From positions 1 through 39,617 of the IMG/VR virus record IMGVR_UViG_2703718858_000001: 39,617 nucleotides of DNA; one strand, written 5' to 3'. The position numbers and the translations under genes were made by a program. The first letter of the stretch is position 1; each line of letters starts with the position of its first letter. Origin of the DNA: a virus. Taxonomy: Duplodnaviria; Heunggongvirae; Uroviricota; Caudoviricetes. Under the pieces are notes generated by a model, which was not told the DNA's origin, did not search any database, and saw only the letters and a program-made list of their open reading frames with translations. This document shows, piece by piece, positions 7,860 to 16,980 of the stretch.

Positions 7860-8399
7860 GTGTTAAGTGAAGAAATGCAATTTGCCATGGCCGTGGCTCA
7901 AATAGTAAGTGCAGTCGCGGTTTCGCTTGGCTTGTTCATAGCTATCGCTACTATTATTTATAATGTAAATACAGCGAGAAAAGTACACACTTCAGTATTC
8001 CTTGGTGAAAGCAGGTTTGATGTAGATTATAAGAAAGGCCTATCTACTATGCGCCGCATTCACGAATCGAACAAATCATTCCGCTCTTATATGTATCCAA
8101 GCAATGGGCAGGCTGATCTTACGGATGAAGAAAAGACAGAGAAGAGAGAAATAATTTACTGTCTAGGTTTCTACGAACGCATGGCTGTGAGCGTGAAGCG
8201 GAAAACTTATGATGAGACCATGATTAAGGAAGTATTTTACAGCTCCGTTGTAAATAACTATCAGATTGCGCTACCTCTTATACAAGCCATTAGAGAAAAA
8301 GAAAACATAAACACATATTTTAAAGAATATGAATGGTTGGCCACACGATGGAAGGATTGTCCATTGAAGGATAAATCCCCGTGGTACAAGTTTTGGTAA
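7860..8399 (+). CDS. Low-GC cargo protein, N-terminal TM anchor plus ~150-aa cytoplasmic domain; function unknown (exclusion/defence candidate)
   Basis: Sampled GC 28-47% versus about 50% in flanks; GTG 7860 with GGAG SD (alternative ATG 7875); hydrophobic N-terminus. Confidence 0.6.
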   Translation: MLSEEMQFAMAVAQIVSAVAVSLGLFIAIATIIYNVNTARKVHTSVFLGESRFDVDYKKGLSTMRRIHESNKSFRSYMYPSNGQADLTDEEKTEKREIIYCLGFYERMAVSVKRKTYDETMIKEVFYSSVVNNYQIALPLIQAIREKENINTYFKEYEWLATRWKDCPLKDKSPWYKFW

Positions 8400-8421
8400 G
8401 CCCGCGCTGCGGGCTTTTTTT
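8399..8421 (+). terminator. Rho-independent terminator
   Basis: GC stem AGCCCG/CGGGCT followed by T7. Confidence 0.7.
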
Positions 8422-8493
8422 GTGGACGAAACAAAAGTCAGTGCTACACTCATTGACGCCACATTGAGGTGGCTTATAGATGGAAATTTCACA

Positions 8494-8655
8494 ATGAAAA
8501 AAGCATTTGCTGCACTGTTCGTTTTGTTGTCTCTGGTAGCTTCAACTCAGGCCTTTGCCGGCCGTTGTCAGCACGACAGCGATACTGCCGCTGACGGCTC
8601 CCGCTGCGGTGGGCGTTCTGCGGATTCCCGCCCGGGCGGCGGTGGCATTCGTTAA
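8494..8655 (+). CDS. Small secreted Gly/Arg/Cys-rich peptide
   Basis: Signal peptide MKKAFAALFVLLSLVASTQAFA then 31-aa mature peptide; weak SD. Confidence 0.35.
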   Translation: MKKAFAALFVLLSLVASTQAFAGRCQHDSDTAADGSRCGGRSADSRPGGGGIR

Positions 8656-8678
8656 AAACAAGGCCGCGAAAGCGGCCT
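8654..8678 (-). terminator. Terminator for minus-strand operon
   Basis: AGGCCGC-GAAA-GCGGCCT hairpin with T-run on minus strand. Confidence 0.55.
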
Positions 8679-8686
8679 GTGACATT

Positions 8687-8983
8687 TCACGTCCCTTTTC
8701 TGAATGATAGCCATTCGAAAAATGATGACATTCCACCGCAGACAATAGCAAAGATTATCCCACCAAAGAATAGAAGGCCAGCCTGCCACCACTCCCACCG
8801 CCATACATCCACAGCGCCAACCATACCAACAATCGCTCCAACAAATGGAATATAGCTCACGATGAAAGCAATGGGGGCTGCAATTATCCAGTGCAATCCC
8901 CACCATGATTCAAGCCCAGCCATAATTGCTGCCAACTGAAAAAGACCAACGACGATATAAACAATGAATCCTATAGCTTGCAT
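8687..8983 (-). CDS. Small integral membrane protein (3 TM)
   Basis: AGGTGA SD 5 nt upstream of ATG; highly hydrophobic, Trp-rich. Confidence 0.6.
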   Translation of the reverse strand: MQAIGFIVYIVVGLFQLAAIMAGLESWWGLHWIIAAPIAFIVSYIPFVGAIVGMVGAVDVWRWEWWQAGLLFFGGIIFAIVCGGMSSFFEWLSFRKGT

Positions 8984-8995
8984 GTAGTCACCTAT

Positions 8996-9169
8996 TTACC
9001 CAATAAAAATAAGAGGCCTCCCCTCAATAAGGCTTGCAACAAGAACTACTCCCTGCACAACAAAGATGAACCAGCAAATAGCTTGAGTCTGAGGGTTAAG
9101 AAAATATTTGTAGCGGTCAATAAATAACAATCCACCAGAAATTATCACACTCAAAATAATTAAAAACAC
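8996..9169 (-). CDS. Small hydrophobic membrane peptide (57 aa), GTG start
   Basis: Not in ORF track; AAGGAAG SD directly after stop of 9179-11653; open frame to TAA at 8996-8998. Confidence 0.3.
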   Translation of the reverse strand: MFLIILSVIISGGLLFIDRYKYFLNPQTQAICWFIFVVQGVVLVASLIEGRPLIFIG

Positions 9170-9178
9170 AACACTTCC

Positions 9179-11653
9179 TTATTGCGGAGTGACATCCTGA
9201 GGTCTCCACCAGTATGTCTGGTTAAACTCTTTCTTCGAACGTTGCTCCATTTTACGCAAATAGCCTGGTGAAAAATACTCCTGCATCTGGTTAAAGATCA
9301 TGTGATCGAGAGCCGCCTTCAAGTACCAGAGATTCGCACCAGGCATCAAACCTTTCCCCAGCTTAACCAGATCACCACCAGTCTGCTCATTCTTCCCTTC
9401 CACAGCATTTAACGGTATGCCCTGAGCAATCTTCACTACGTCATCAACCAGACCAGCTACCGGGCCAAGCATCGACGCCAGCGCGCCGCTTCCGTACCTA
9501 GTGTGATCTGACAATAAAAAGTCACCGTAAAGGCCAAGACCACCACCTTTCAGTAGAGCACCAAGCCAGAATTTTGCGGCATCTTCTCCTGTCATCTCTC
9601 GAGGATTACGACCAGACGCAAGGTCGTTAAGTTGCTGCGACAAAGCGCCAAGAATGGTCGTACTGGCAATAAACGTCGCAATATATGCCGCACGCCCACC
9701 AGCAGACGGCATACCCATAGCGCGTGACCAGTGACGCATAACCACCGAGATAGGGAACGATTTAAACAGGAAAACACTTCTCGTTAATTCACCTTTCCAT
9801 GTTCCACGCTGAATACCAGAACCAGTTATCAGTTGCTCACGTGCTCCCGGTGTAATAACAGCCATATCAACTTCTTCAGTTACGGCACCGAGCAATTTAC
9901 GCATTGCCTCAAATTTCACGCGTTCAGGCTCACCAAGATGTTTAACTGCTGAATCAGGGATACGCATAATGCTTTCCGGTGTCAACATCGTATTATTGCC
10001 GTTCCCCCAGTCCTCCTGTTGCGCCAGCCTCCATACGCTCCAGTCTGTGTCAGTAATCCCTTTGCTTTTCAGGATACGAAAATCAGAATCATCGAGGCTA
10101 TGAAGGTCTGGTGTCCGTGACACTACTTCTCCCAGGCTTCCCATCATGGTTACGCCATAGGCGCGCTTGTGCGCATCTGACCATGCTGTAAGCCCACTAG
10201 CACGCATTACCGCCGTTGCAGCCCAACGAGACACAGACGGCCCCATATTATCCATCGCCCAGCGGTTAACGCTGCCAAGTAGAGATTCCATCGCCAGACC
10301 AGCGCGTCGCGCCCGCGCAAGCTCAGTACGGTTCGTTGGGTCCATAGCTTCAAGCTGGTTGCGGAATAACTGGTTCATTGGAAGGTTGGTCACCTTCGCA
10401 GACAGATACATGGTTCCAAGATCAGAGAACGATGACAGCAACGCGGATCCGAGTCTGCTGGCAACCAGCCAGTTGCGGATATTGTCAGACCATTGCGCGA
10501 TGTGCGGATTCGCTACAGGCTGTGTCTTTCCGGAAATAAAGTTGTACAGATTCTCTGTGTTGTTCGCCAGCCGCTCGACTTTACCGGTTTTACTCGGGTT
10601 AGCTGTTGCCGTTTCTGCCTTAACCTGATCAAGAAGTGAGCGGAAAACATGATCGGGGTTTGGACCATATGTTTCCACCAGAGAAATATCTTTACTGATA
10701 CCTTCCAGGTGACCGACCATGATTTCCCATAGAGAGCGATCGCCATAAAGTTGTTGATATTGGAGATAGGAATCTGCATCTTTGAAATGTATCTGTCGTG
10801 ATGCATTACCACGGTTAGCACGTGCGCCGGAAATTCGCATTCCGGTATCAGTAAGCTTATTCAGCCCACCAGTAGCGATCGTGTTATAAGCCTCTCCAAG
10901 AAATGCAGACAACTCGGCATCGTTCATCAGTTGTCCATCGGCTCGGGTATAATATTTGCGATCCAGCTTACCTATAACATCGCTAACCCACTTATCCTTT
11001 GATACCGCCCCAACCTTTTCCATAGAATGATGTTGAGGGATCCCCCAGTTTTCGAGATAGCCAATGTCCCCACCAGCATCATTAAACCGGCGGCGCAGCA
11101 GCTCTGTAACTTCTCTCCACGCCTTAGCACCTTTTCTTGCTTTAGCATTGCCAGTATTTTGCCCCCGCATTTCATATACCAGGTCACGTACGCCCGCTTC
11201 ATCTTCAAACAGACCAAAAAAGCGAGGATCAACTGCTTCAAATGCCTCCTGCAATTGACTCAATGCATAATCACGAGTGGCTTTTGTTCTGGATTCAACA
11301 GAGAGGAAATTCGATTTACCGTCTGCATTAAAAGCAATAGTACGGTTAAGAGCGCCAAGTTTCCCATCAGCCCCTTGATAGCTATTGATAAATTTATCCA
11401 ATCTCTGACGTGCGGCTATAGTGAGAGCCACACGACGTTTCTTTAATGCCGCTTCTCGCTGTAATTCTTCAGATGCCAATTGTGCTGCACGATACAACCG
11501 TTCTGATTCGGAAAGTTGTCGCCACGACATCGGGTCATCACGAGCAATGGAGCGCATATTTCGATAAATGCGGTCTTCAATGTTCTGTATTTCTCGCGCC
11601 GTTAACGTGCGCCGCGCCGCCTGCTGGACCGCTTGTATACATTCCTGTCTCAT
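9179..11653 (-). CDS. Large internal virion/ejection protein (T7 gp16-like position)
   Basis: 824 aa; position and size in T7-like gene order. Confidence 0.55.
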   Translation of the reverse strand: MRQECIQAVQQAARRTLTAREIQNIEDRIYRNMRSIARDDPMSWRQLSESERLYRAAQLASEELQREAALKKRRVALTIAARQRLDKFINSYQGADGKLGALNRTIAFNADGKSNFLSVESRTKATRDYALSQLQEAFEAVDPRFFGLFEDEAGVRDLVYEMRGQNTGNAKARKGAKAWREVTELLRRRFNDAGGDIGYLENWGIPQHHSMEKVGAVSKDKWVSDVIGKLDRKYYTRADGQLMNDAELSAFLGEAYNTIATGGLNKLTDTGMRISGARANRGNASRQIHFKDADSYLQYQQLYGDRSLWEIMVGHLEGISKDISLVETYGPNPDHVFRSLLDQVKAETATANPSKTGKVERLANNTENLYNFISGKTQPVANPHIAQWSDNIRNWLVASRLGSALLSSFSDLGTMYLSAKVTNLPMNQLFRNQLEAMDPTNRTELARARRAGLAMESLLGSVNRWAMDNMGPSVSRWAATAVMRASGLTAWSDAHKRAYGVTMMGSLGEVVSRTPDLHSLDDSDFRILKSKGITDTDWSVWRLAQQEDWGNGNNTMLTPESIMRIPDSAVKHLGEPERVKFEAMRKLLGAVTEEVDMAVITPGAREQLITGSGIQRGTWKGELTRSVFLFKSFPISVVMRHWSRAMGMPSAGGRAAYIATFIASTTILGALSQQLNDLASGRNPREMTGEDAAKFWLGALLKGGGLGLYGDFLLSDHTRYGSGALASMLGPVAGLVDDVVKIAQGIPLNAVEGKNEQTGGDLVKLGKGLMPGANLWYLKAALDHMIFNQMQEYFSPGYLRKMEQRSKKEFNQTYWWRPQDVTPQ

Positions 11654-11658
11654 TTAAT

Positions 11659-13461
11659 TTAACCTCTCAAGAAACACGCCACAGCAACATCAAACAGGCT
11701 GGAATCCTGTATTGCCTGCTCACTTTCCCTGTTCGCTTCATCCAGTACTTCACGCGCACTGCGCGATTGTGGATTACCATCATCATCCAGCACGGTGATT
11801 ATCATGTCCGGAGATTCAAGCAGCGAGTCTTCAGCTATACGCAGATCAATATCTCCTGCCGGATCTGCCATCATTTTTTGTTCTGTCTGTTGCAATATCT
11901 TACCGGGCTCAAAAGGAGCTACTTCGTCTGGCGTCCTGACCTCTGCTGTTTTATAGAATGAAACAGCCTGAGCATTAAGTTCACTTTCTGCCTGCTGTCG
12001 CCGTGCCAGTTCTGCTCGAGCTTCAAAAAACTGACCGCCAGGCTCATGCGGTGCCAACGCGTTACGAGAAAATTCCAGGCGTTCTTGCGCCTGCCGGATT
12101 CGTTGGTCAATATCGCGAAGTCTGGCCTGTTTATCTGATCGAGCACGAGATAAAGCCTTACCGCTACCGGTTGGCTCTTCTGCAAGAATTTGTGCGCGCT
12201 GTTCAGTGAGATTTTCAATAATTCGTTGGCTATTAGCGATTTCAGACTGGTAAACCTGTCTATCGCCACGCGGCAAAAGCTGCGCGGCCTGTTCTTCAAG
12301 CAACCGATTTTCTATAGCGCGCGCCGTTACTCCATCATCTACAGATGACAGAGCCTCATTAACTGCCTGAGACAGCAGACTCTTGCGCCCAGGAATTTCA
12401 CTGAAAGATGCAGACTCAACAATGCTGGCAACGTCTACAGGTCTCCCCTGGCTAACATCAGACATGGCTTTTCGCAGAGCCTGAATGTGAGAATTGCGCG
12501 AAAGCACGTTGATCGGGACGCCGGGAGCAATATCAATTTCAGCATGATGAGCGGCATTCGCCGCCAGTGCAGCATCGACATCAACTGGTGAAAAATTTGG
12601 TGCGCTTGTAGACTCGCCGCGAGAGTTAATAAATCTGCCGACACCACCAAACGCCACCCCAAGAACAGCATCAATAGCAATTGCCTGTCGATCCAACACA
12701 TCATACTGGTTAGCCATTTCGCTATAGCCACCATCACGAAGCGTTTTTGCAGTAAGCCCACGCTGTGCCATACCGAACGCAATATTTGTACCTGCGGCAT
12801 AGGCAATATCTGGCGTTGCACGTACTGCTGTTGCTGCGGCGCGTCGCACTGAACTCTCACCCGTCCGCGCAAGCTGAGCCGCCACACCTTCCGCCAGCGC
12901 ACCACCAGCACGTAACCCGAGGCTCATAGGGATCAGTGTTCCGGCACCAGCAGTAATGCCCTGCACTAATCCCGCTTCCTGCGCCGTCCTGAAATCAACA
13001 CCCTGTGCTGTCAGCCGTTCAAACTCAGAAAAACCCTGTAGCGAAGTTACCGCCGCTGCACCTCCGACAGGACCACCGAGCGTTGTACCGACAACAGCCT
13101 GCCCGCCCATATCGAACAACCCATAAAGAACCTGCCCGGCGGTTCCGGTTGTCGCGGCATCAGGCGTCAGCCGCTTAACCTGCTGCTCTGCTAGTTTTCT
13201 CTGCTCGGCAATGTATGAAACTGAAGTATCATTGAGCGAGGTGTTTTCGTTAATAAACTGAGCAATCGGGGATACGATTTTATCCATCCCTGCCCATAGC
13301 AACTGATCTGGCTTTGCCACCAGCCCGGAGTACAAACCAGACAATGCCGCTCCTACAGCATTGTCGAAAAAACCAACATCGCTGTTAAAGCCCGCTGGAT
13401 TTGATGCTGCTTCGTCAAGTTGCTGATTCTGGTTTACTGGATTAAGGCCAAAGTAACTCAT
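11659..13461 (-). CDS. Virion protein, Gly/Ala-rich (internal core candidate)
   Basis: 600 aa; ATGA overlap with upstream gene. Confidence 0.5.
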   Translation of the reverse strand: MSYFGLNPVNQNQQLDEAASNPAGFNSDVGFFDNAVGAALSGLYSGLVAKPDQLLWAGMDKIVSPIAQFINENTSLNDTSVSYIAEQRKLAEQQVKRLTPDAATTGTAGQVLYGLFDMGGQAVVGTTLGGPVGGAAAVTSLQGFSEFERLTAQGVDFRTAQEAGLVQGITAGAGTLIPMSLGLRAGGALAEGVAAQLARTGESSVRRAAATAVRATPDIAYAAGTNIAFGMAQRGLTAKTLRDGGYSEMANQYDVLDRQAIAIDAVLGVAFGGVGRFINSRGESTSAPNFSPVDVDAALAANAAHHAEIDIAPGVPINVLSRNSHIQALRKAMSDVSQGRPVDVASIVESASFSEIPGRKSLLSQAVNEALSSVDDGVTARAIENRLLEEQAAQLLPRGDRQVYQSEIANSQRIIENLTEQRAQILAEEPTGSGKALSRARSDKQARLRDIDQRIRQAQERLEFSRNALAPHEPGGQFFEARAELARRQQAESELNAQAVSFYKTAEVRTPDEVAPFEPGKILQQTEQKMMADPAGDIDLRIAEDSLLESPDMIITVLDDDGNPQSRSAREVLDEANRESEQAIQDSSLFDVAVACFLRG

Positions 13462-15971
13462 TGCGGAATATCTCCGGAGAATCTCTGACGCTTCTGTGTC
13501 AGATCAAGAACAACAGGAGAACCATCATCTTTCAGCAGATAACCAGTACCAAGTTTCACCAGGTACTGACTATCGCCGTAACTTTGCAAACCATACTGAC
13601 CAGGCGGTGTTTTTATCCCGGTGCCGACAACTTGTTCATTCCAAGCCTGATTAACCTGCTTATCGAATTGCTCTGCAGACATTCCCCACGGCAAAAGGAC
13701 ATTCCCCATTCCGTTATAGTCATGCACGCCACCTGTAGCTACGTTAACAGCCTGTTTCCAGATATCAGTGTCAATTTCGCCTGATACCACGCCTTTTTTC
13801 GCCATCACACCAGCGTAATAGTCCTTTGCGATCTCGTATGCCATTGATGCCCCCTGAGCATCACCAGCAAATGCATCCTTCACCATGTCAGAAAACTCAA
13901 GGCGAAGATCAGCATCTTTAGGCATCGGAATACCTTTCGCATCATCAGTACCTTTACGAGCCGCCGCGCCAGCAAGAATTGTCTGCGCAGCGGTTTCAGG
14001 AGACACGGAAACATCCGGATTAAACCAGTTTTTTTCTGCCAAAATACCACCAGGCTTGTCCATCAGTATCCCGGCAACGGCAGCAGATGGAGCGTTGGCA
14101 CTGATCTGCTGTAGTGCTGACATATACACCTGCCCACCACCAGTGCTCTGCCTGATGGTATCGAGATATGCTGCCTGTTGGGAAACTGGAGCATCACGAA
14201 AGAAAACACCGATCTGATTGGCCTCGTCTTTGGAAAAGAACGTCAGTGGAGTGCCATATGACTTAGCAAGGTCACTGACCTGAGCGGCACGCAAGGCAAC
14301 GCTCTGTCCAAAGTTATCCTTATTGCTCATGTCGATAGGCTTTGCCTGTCCGGAGGAAAGAGAGAACTGCACAGGATCCGACTGCCGCTGCTTTATCACC
14401 TGATTTGCAGCAGAAACAACGTTGTCATAAAGAGCTGCGCGTGCCGCATACCCCTCCCCTGTATCACCAGTATCCGGGCGTAATTGCTCAACATATGCTG
14501 TAATGCTGCTTGTCGGCATGTTGCGGAAAGAGCCTATATACTGTCCAGCGATCTGCGTATTTCTGAACTCGGTATATCGCAGGTTTCCTTCTCTGACGCC
14601 ATAAGCTGCAATAAAATCAGCCTCACCTGGTGGGTTAGGAAATTCAACGCCACGCATATACGCAGCCGTCGCATCGCGAACCTGGCTGTCAATCATCGTT
14701 TTATATTCAGCCTGCTGCTGCCGACGCAGTTGATCCGCCTGCCGCATAAAACTTGCCTGAGCCTCAGGAGATGCCGCATCGAATGCTGCATTACCGGTAT
14801 AGCGTTTGGTGTTGGTTGGAATTGTTGATAAACCAAGTGCTGCACTGACACCAGCAGTTAACTGCTGATCACTGTATGGCTGGCTACCGTTCTCATGATG
14901 GATAATGGCTGCACAAAGCGCCTTCAGGGTATCAGGATTTGATGCATCGAGAGGCTCATCAGCAGAAACGCCAAGTTGTTCGCACACTGCTTTGATATAC
15001 GACATAGTGTCATTTTTATCAGTAGGCGGTGCCCAGCGATTAATTATCTCGCTGACGGTATCAATACCCTGCCGCTGATACGACATCAGGTTCCGCCCTA
15101 ATGCACGAATCCCGTGTTCGGGTGTTTCGAATTTAGCAAATCTACCATCATCACCGGTCTGGCCTACCCACGGATTAGTTTTGCTGTATTCGAGATTTCC
15201 GGGGTTATTGTTGCGTATGCCACGGACACGCTCGGAAGAGCCACTATCTGCTACAGCACGGCGAGCTCCAGAAGCAGTATCACTTAATTCGCCATTACTT
15301 TGGATGAATGCGGTCGCATTGTTTGCCGACCACTGGGACAATGCGGCATCAGCAACCTTCTCTTTAAACTCGATTTTCTTGGCCTGGATTTGCTCGTCGC
15401 TCCAGCCATGCGCAATGCCGTAATCCTCAATTTGCTGGAAAGTTTGCTTATTAGCCAATACGTATGCGGCGTTGTCGCCATACAATGCTGCGGCATTTTT
15501 ACCATTGTTCAGCAGCGTAGCCTGAAACTGGCCTTCTTCGTAGGCATTTATTTGCCCTATCTCGTGCCGCCCGGCCTGCGTAGTGAACTGAATGCGCTGC
15601 TGCTGCGCCTGCTGCATGAAAGCATTACGAGCCTGTTCATCCGGCAGCGACATAGCCAGTTGTTCGACCTGAGCATCAAACTGCTGCGTATACTCCTGAC
15701 CTTTTCCAATAGCATTTTTCCCTTTCAGGTTAAGCAAACCTGTTTCAGGGTTATTCAGCAGATCACTGCTTATCTGACTGAGGTTAAGAGATGCCTCCTG
15801 AGCCAGAGCGATATTGGCACGCTGTTTTGCCTGACCAAAAACATCAATTGCCTCTGCCCCTGCCCGAACAAAAGCATCACCAATACCTGGCTGAGAAAAC
15901 GTCTGCAAGCCTGCTGACTGAACTCCACGGCTCTCAACCTGACGTCCGGATACTGTTGGTACGACTGGCAT
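13458..15971 (-). CDS. Large internal virion protein (T7 gp15-like position)
   Basis: ATG 15971 with GGAGGA SD overlaps upstream stop; ORF-track N-terminal extension rejected; contains GIRNNNPGNL...W.G motif. Confidence 0.55.
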   Translation of the reverse strand: MPVVPTVSGRQVESRGVQSAGLQTFSQPGIGDAFVRAGAEAIDVFGQAKQRANIALAQEASLNLSQISSDLLNNPETGLLNLKGKNAIGKGQEYTQQFDAQVEQLAMSLPDEQARNAFMQQAQQQRIQFTTQAGRHEIGQINAYEEGQFQATLLNNGKNAAALYGDNAAYVLANKQTFQQIEDYGIAHGWSDEQIQAKKIEFKEKVADAALSQWSANNATAFIQSNGELSDTASGARRAVADSGSSERVRGIRNNNPGNLEYSKTNPWVGQTGDDGRFAKFETPEHGIRALGRNLMSYQRQGIDTVSEIINRWAPPTDKNDTMSYIKAVCEQLGVSADEPLDASNPDTLKALCAAIIHHENGSQPYSDQQLTAGVSAALGLSTIPTNTKRYTGNAAFDAASPEAQASFMRQADQLRRQQQAEYKTMIDSQVRDATAAYMRGVEFPNPPGEADFIAAYGVREGNLRYTEFRNTQIAGQYIGSFRNMPTSSITAYVEQLRPDTGDTGEGYAARAALYDNVVSAANQVIKQRQSDPVQFSLSSGQAKPIDMSNKDNFGQSVALRAAQVSDLAKSYGTPLTFFSKDEANQIGVFFRDAPVSQQAAYLDTIRQSTGGGQVYMSALQQISANAPSAAVAGILMDKPGGILAEKNWFNPDVSVSPETAAQTILAGAAARKGTDDAKGIPMPKDADLRLEFSDMVKDAFAGDAQGASMAYEIAKDYYAGVMAKKGVVSGEIDTDIWKQAVNVATGGVHDYNGMGNVLLPWGMSAEQFDKQVNQAWNEQVVGTGIKTPPGQYGLQSYGDSQYLVKLGTGYLLKDDGSPVVLDLTQKRQRFSGDIPQ

Positions 15972-16516
15972 TATAATCCTCCGGGTAATCTGGTTCCTGC
16001 TGCTGCCCCGATTGGTGCAGGAGTGCTTTGAGTAAACGGACTCCACGTCCCACCAAACATCTGGTACGCACCGTATGCCTTCAGAGGCGCAGTGAGCAAT
16101 GTTGTTGCTGCTCCCACATTCCCCTGTTTACGGGCTGAACTGGCTTCTGCTTTATAGTTGGCAGCCTGAACCTGATAACCGTAAGCCTCGCGTTGCGCGT
16201 TATTCACCGTCGTCAGCGAATCAAGAGCGCCAAACTGGGCAGTGTCGCCAAATATATCCAGCGCGTTACCTGTAGATAAATCAGCGCCGGTAGCCCCCAT
16301 TGTCGCCGCCTGTGTACCAAGCCGCTGTCGGGTCTCTCTGCGTCGTTGCTCAGCTTCAGCGTTACCTCTGTTTATTGCATCATTTGCCTGAGCTGTGGCT
16401 ATATCTGCGTTCGCTTCTGCAACCTTCGAGGCATACTTTCCCTGTTGGTACTGGGTGTATGCCTGAATGCCACTCATGGCGAGCATTGCGCCACCAGCAA
16501 TAACCGGATCGCACAT
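15971..16516 (-). CDS. Internal virion protein (gp14-like position)
   Basis: 181 aa; translationally coupled. Confidence 0.45.
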   Translation of the reverse strand: MCDPVIAGGAMLAMSGIQAYTQYQQGKYASKVAEANADIATAQANDAINRGNAEAEQRRRETRQRLGTQAATMGATGADLSTGNALDIFGDTAQFGALDSLTTVNNAQREAYGYQVQAANYKAEASSARKQGNVGAATTLLTAPLKAYGAYQMFGGTWSPFTQSTPAPIGAAAGTRLPGGL

Positions 16517-16980
16517 TATTTTCTCTCCATGTGAAATCTGTGGAAATTAAGACCAAGAGCACCATAAGGCGCGGCTTCTTCAAGCCTGAATCCAAGCCAG
16601 TGCAGCCATGCTTTGGCAACATGGTTTCGCTCGTCGACATAGTTTTCCAGGCGCGGATAAACTGCCAGCATCTGCTGCAATACAGGGCGGCAGTGGCGAA
16701 GAAATGTCTTCTGATATTTTTCGATACGGCTGGTTCCGACCAGCCAGGGCGTACCATTGCCACCGATCATTGACGCCGGAGATACGCCAAACATGGTTAC
16801 CAGTTCTCCGTTCGCGAACCCTGACCAGGCCATAGTCGCAGTGCGAAGACCAACGCGCAGCGCATCTTCGGTAGTCATCAGCGATACCGCATACAGTTCG
16901 TCAATATCAGCCTGACGAACATCCGGCAAAATCATCTCAAGATGCTCTTCGGTAGCGGGAATAATTTGAACATCGATCAT
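16516..16980 (-). CDS. Virion-associated protein (gp13-like position)
   Basis: 154 aa; ATGA overlap both sides. Confidence 0.45.
   Translation of the reverse strand: MIDVQIIPATEEHLEMILPDVRQADIDELYAVSLMTTEDALRVGLRTATMAWSGFANGELVTMFGVSPASMIGGNGTPWLVGTSRIEKYQKTFLRHCRPVLQQMLAVYPRLENYVDERNHVAKAWLHWLGFRLEEAAPYGALGLNFHRFHMERK

Noticed and set aside
11654-11658. Frameshift splitting a single gp16-like gene into the 600-aa and 824-aa ORFs
   Set aside because: The downstream ORF has its own ATG and a GAGAGG SD in the 5-nt gap, so two genes is the simpler reading; left as a note under the structural-module finding.
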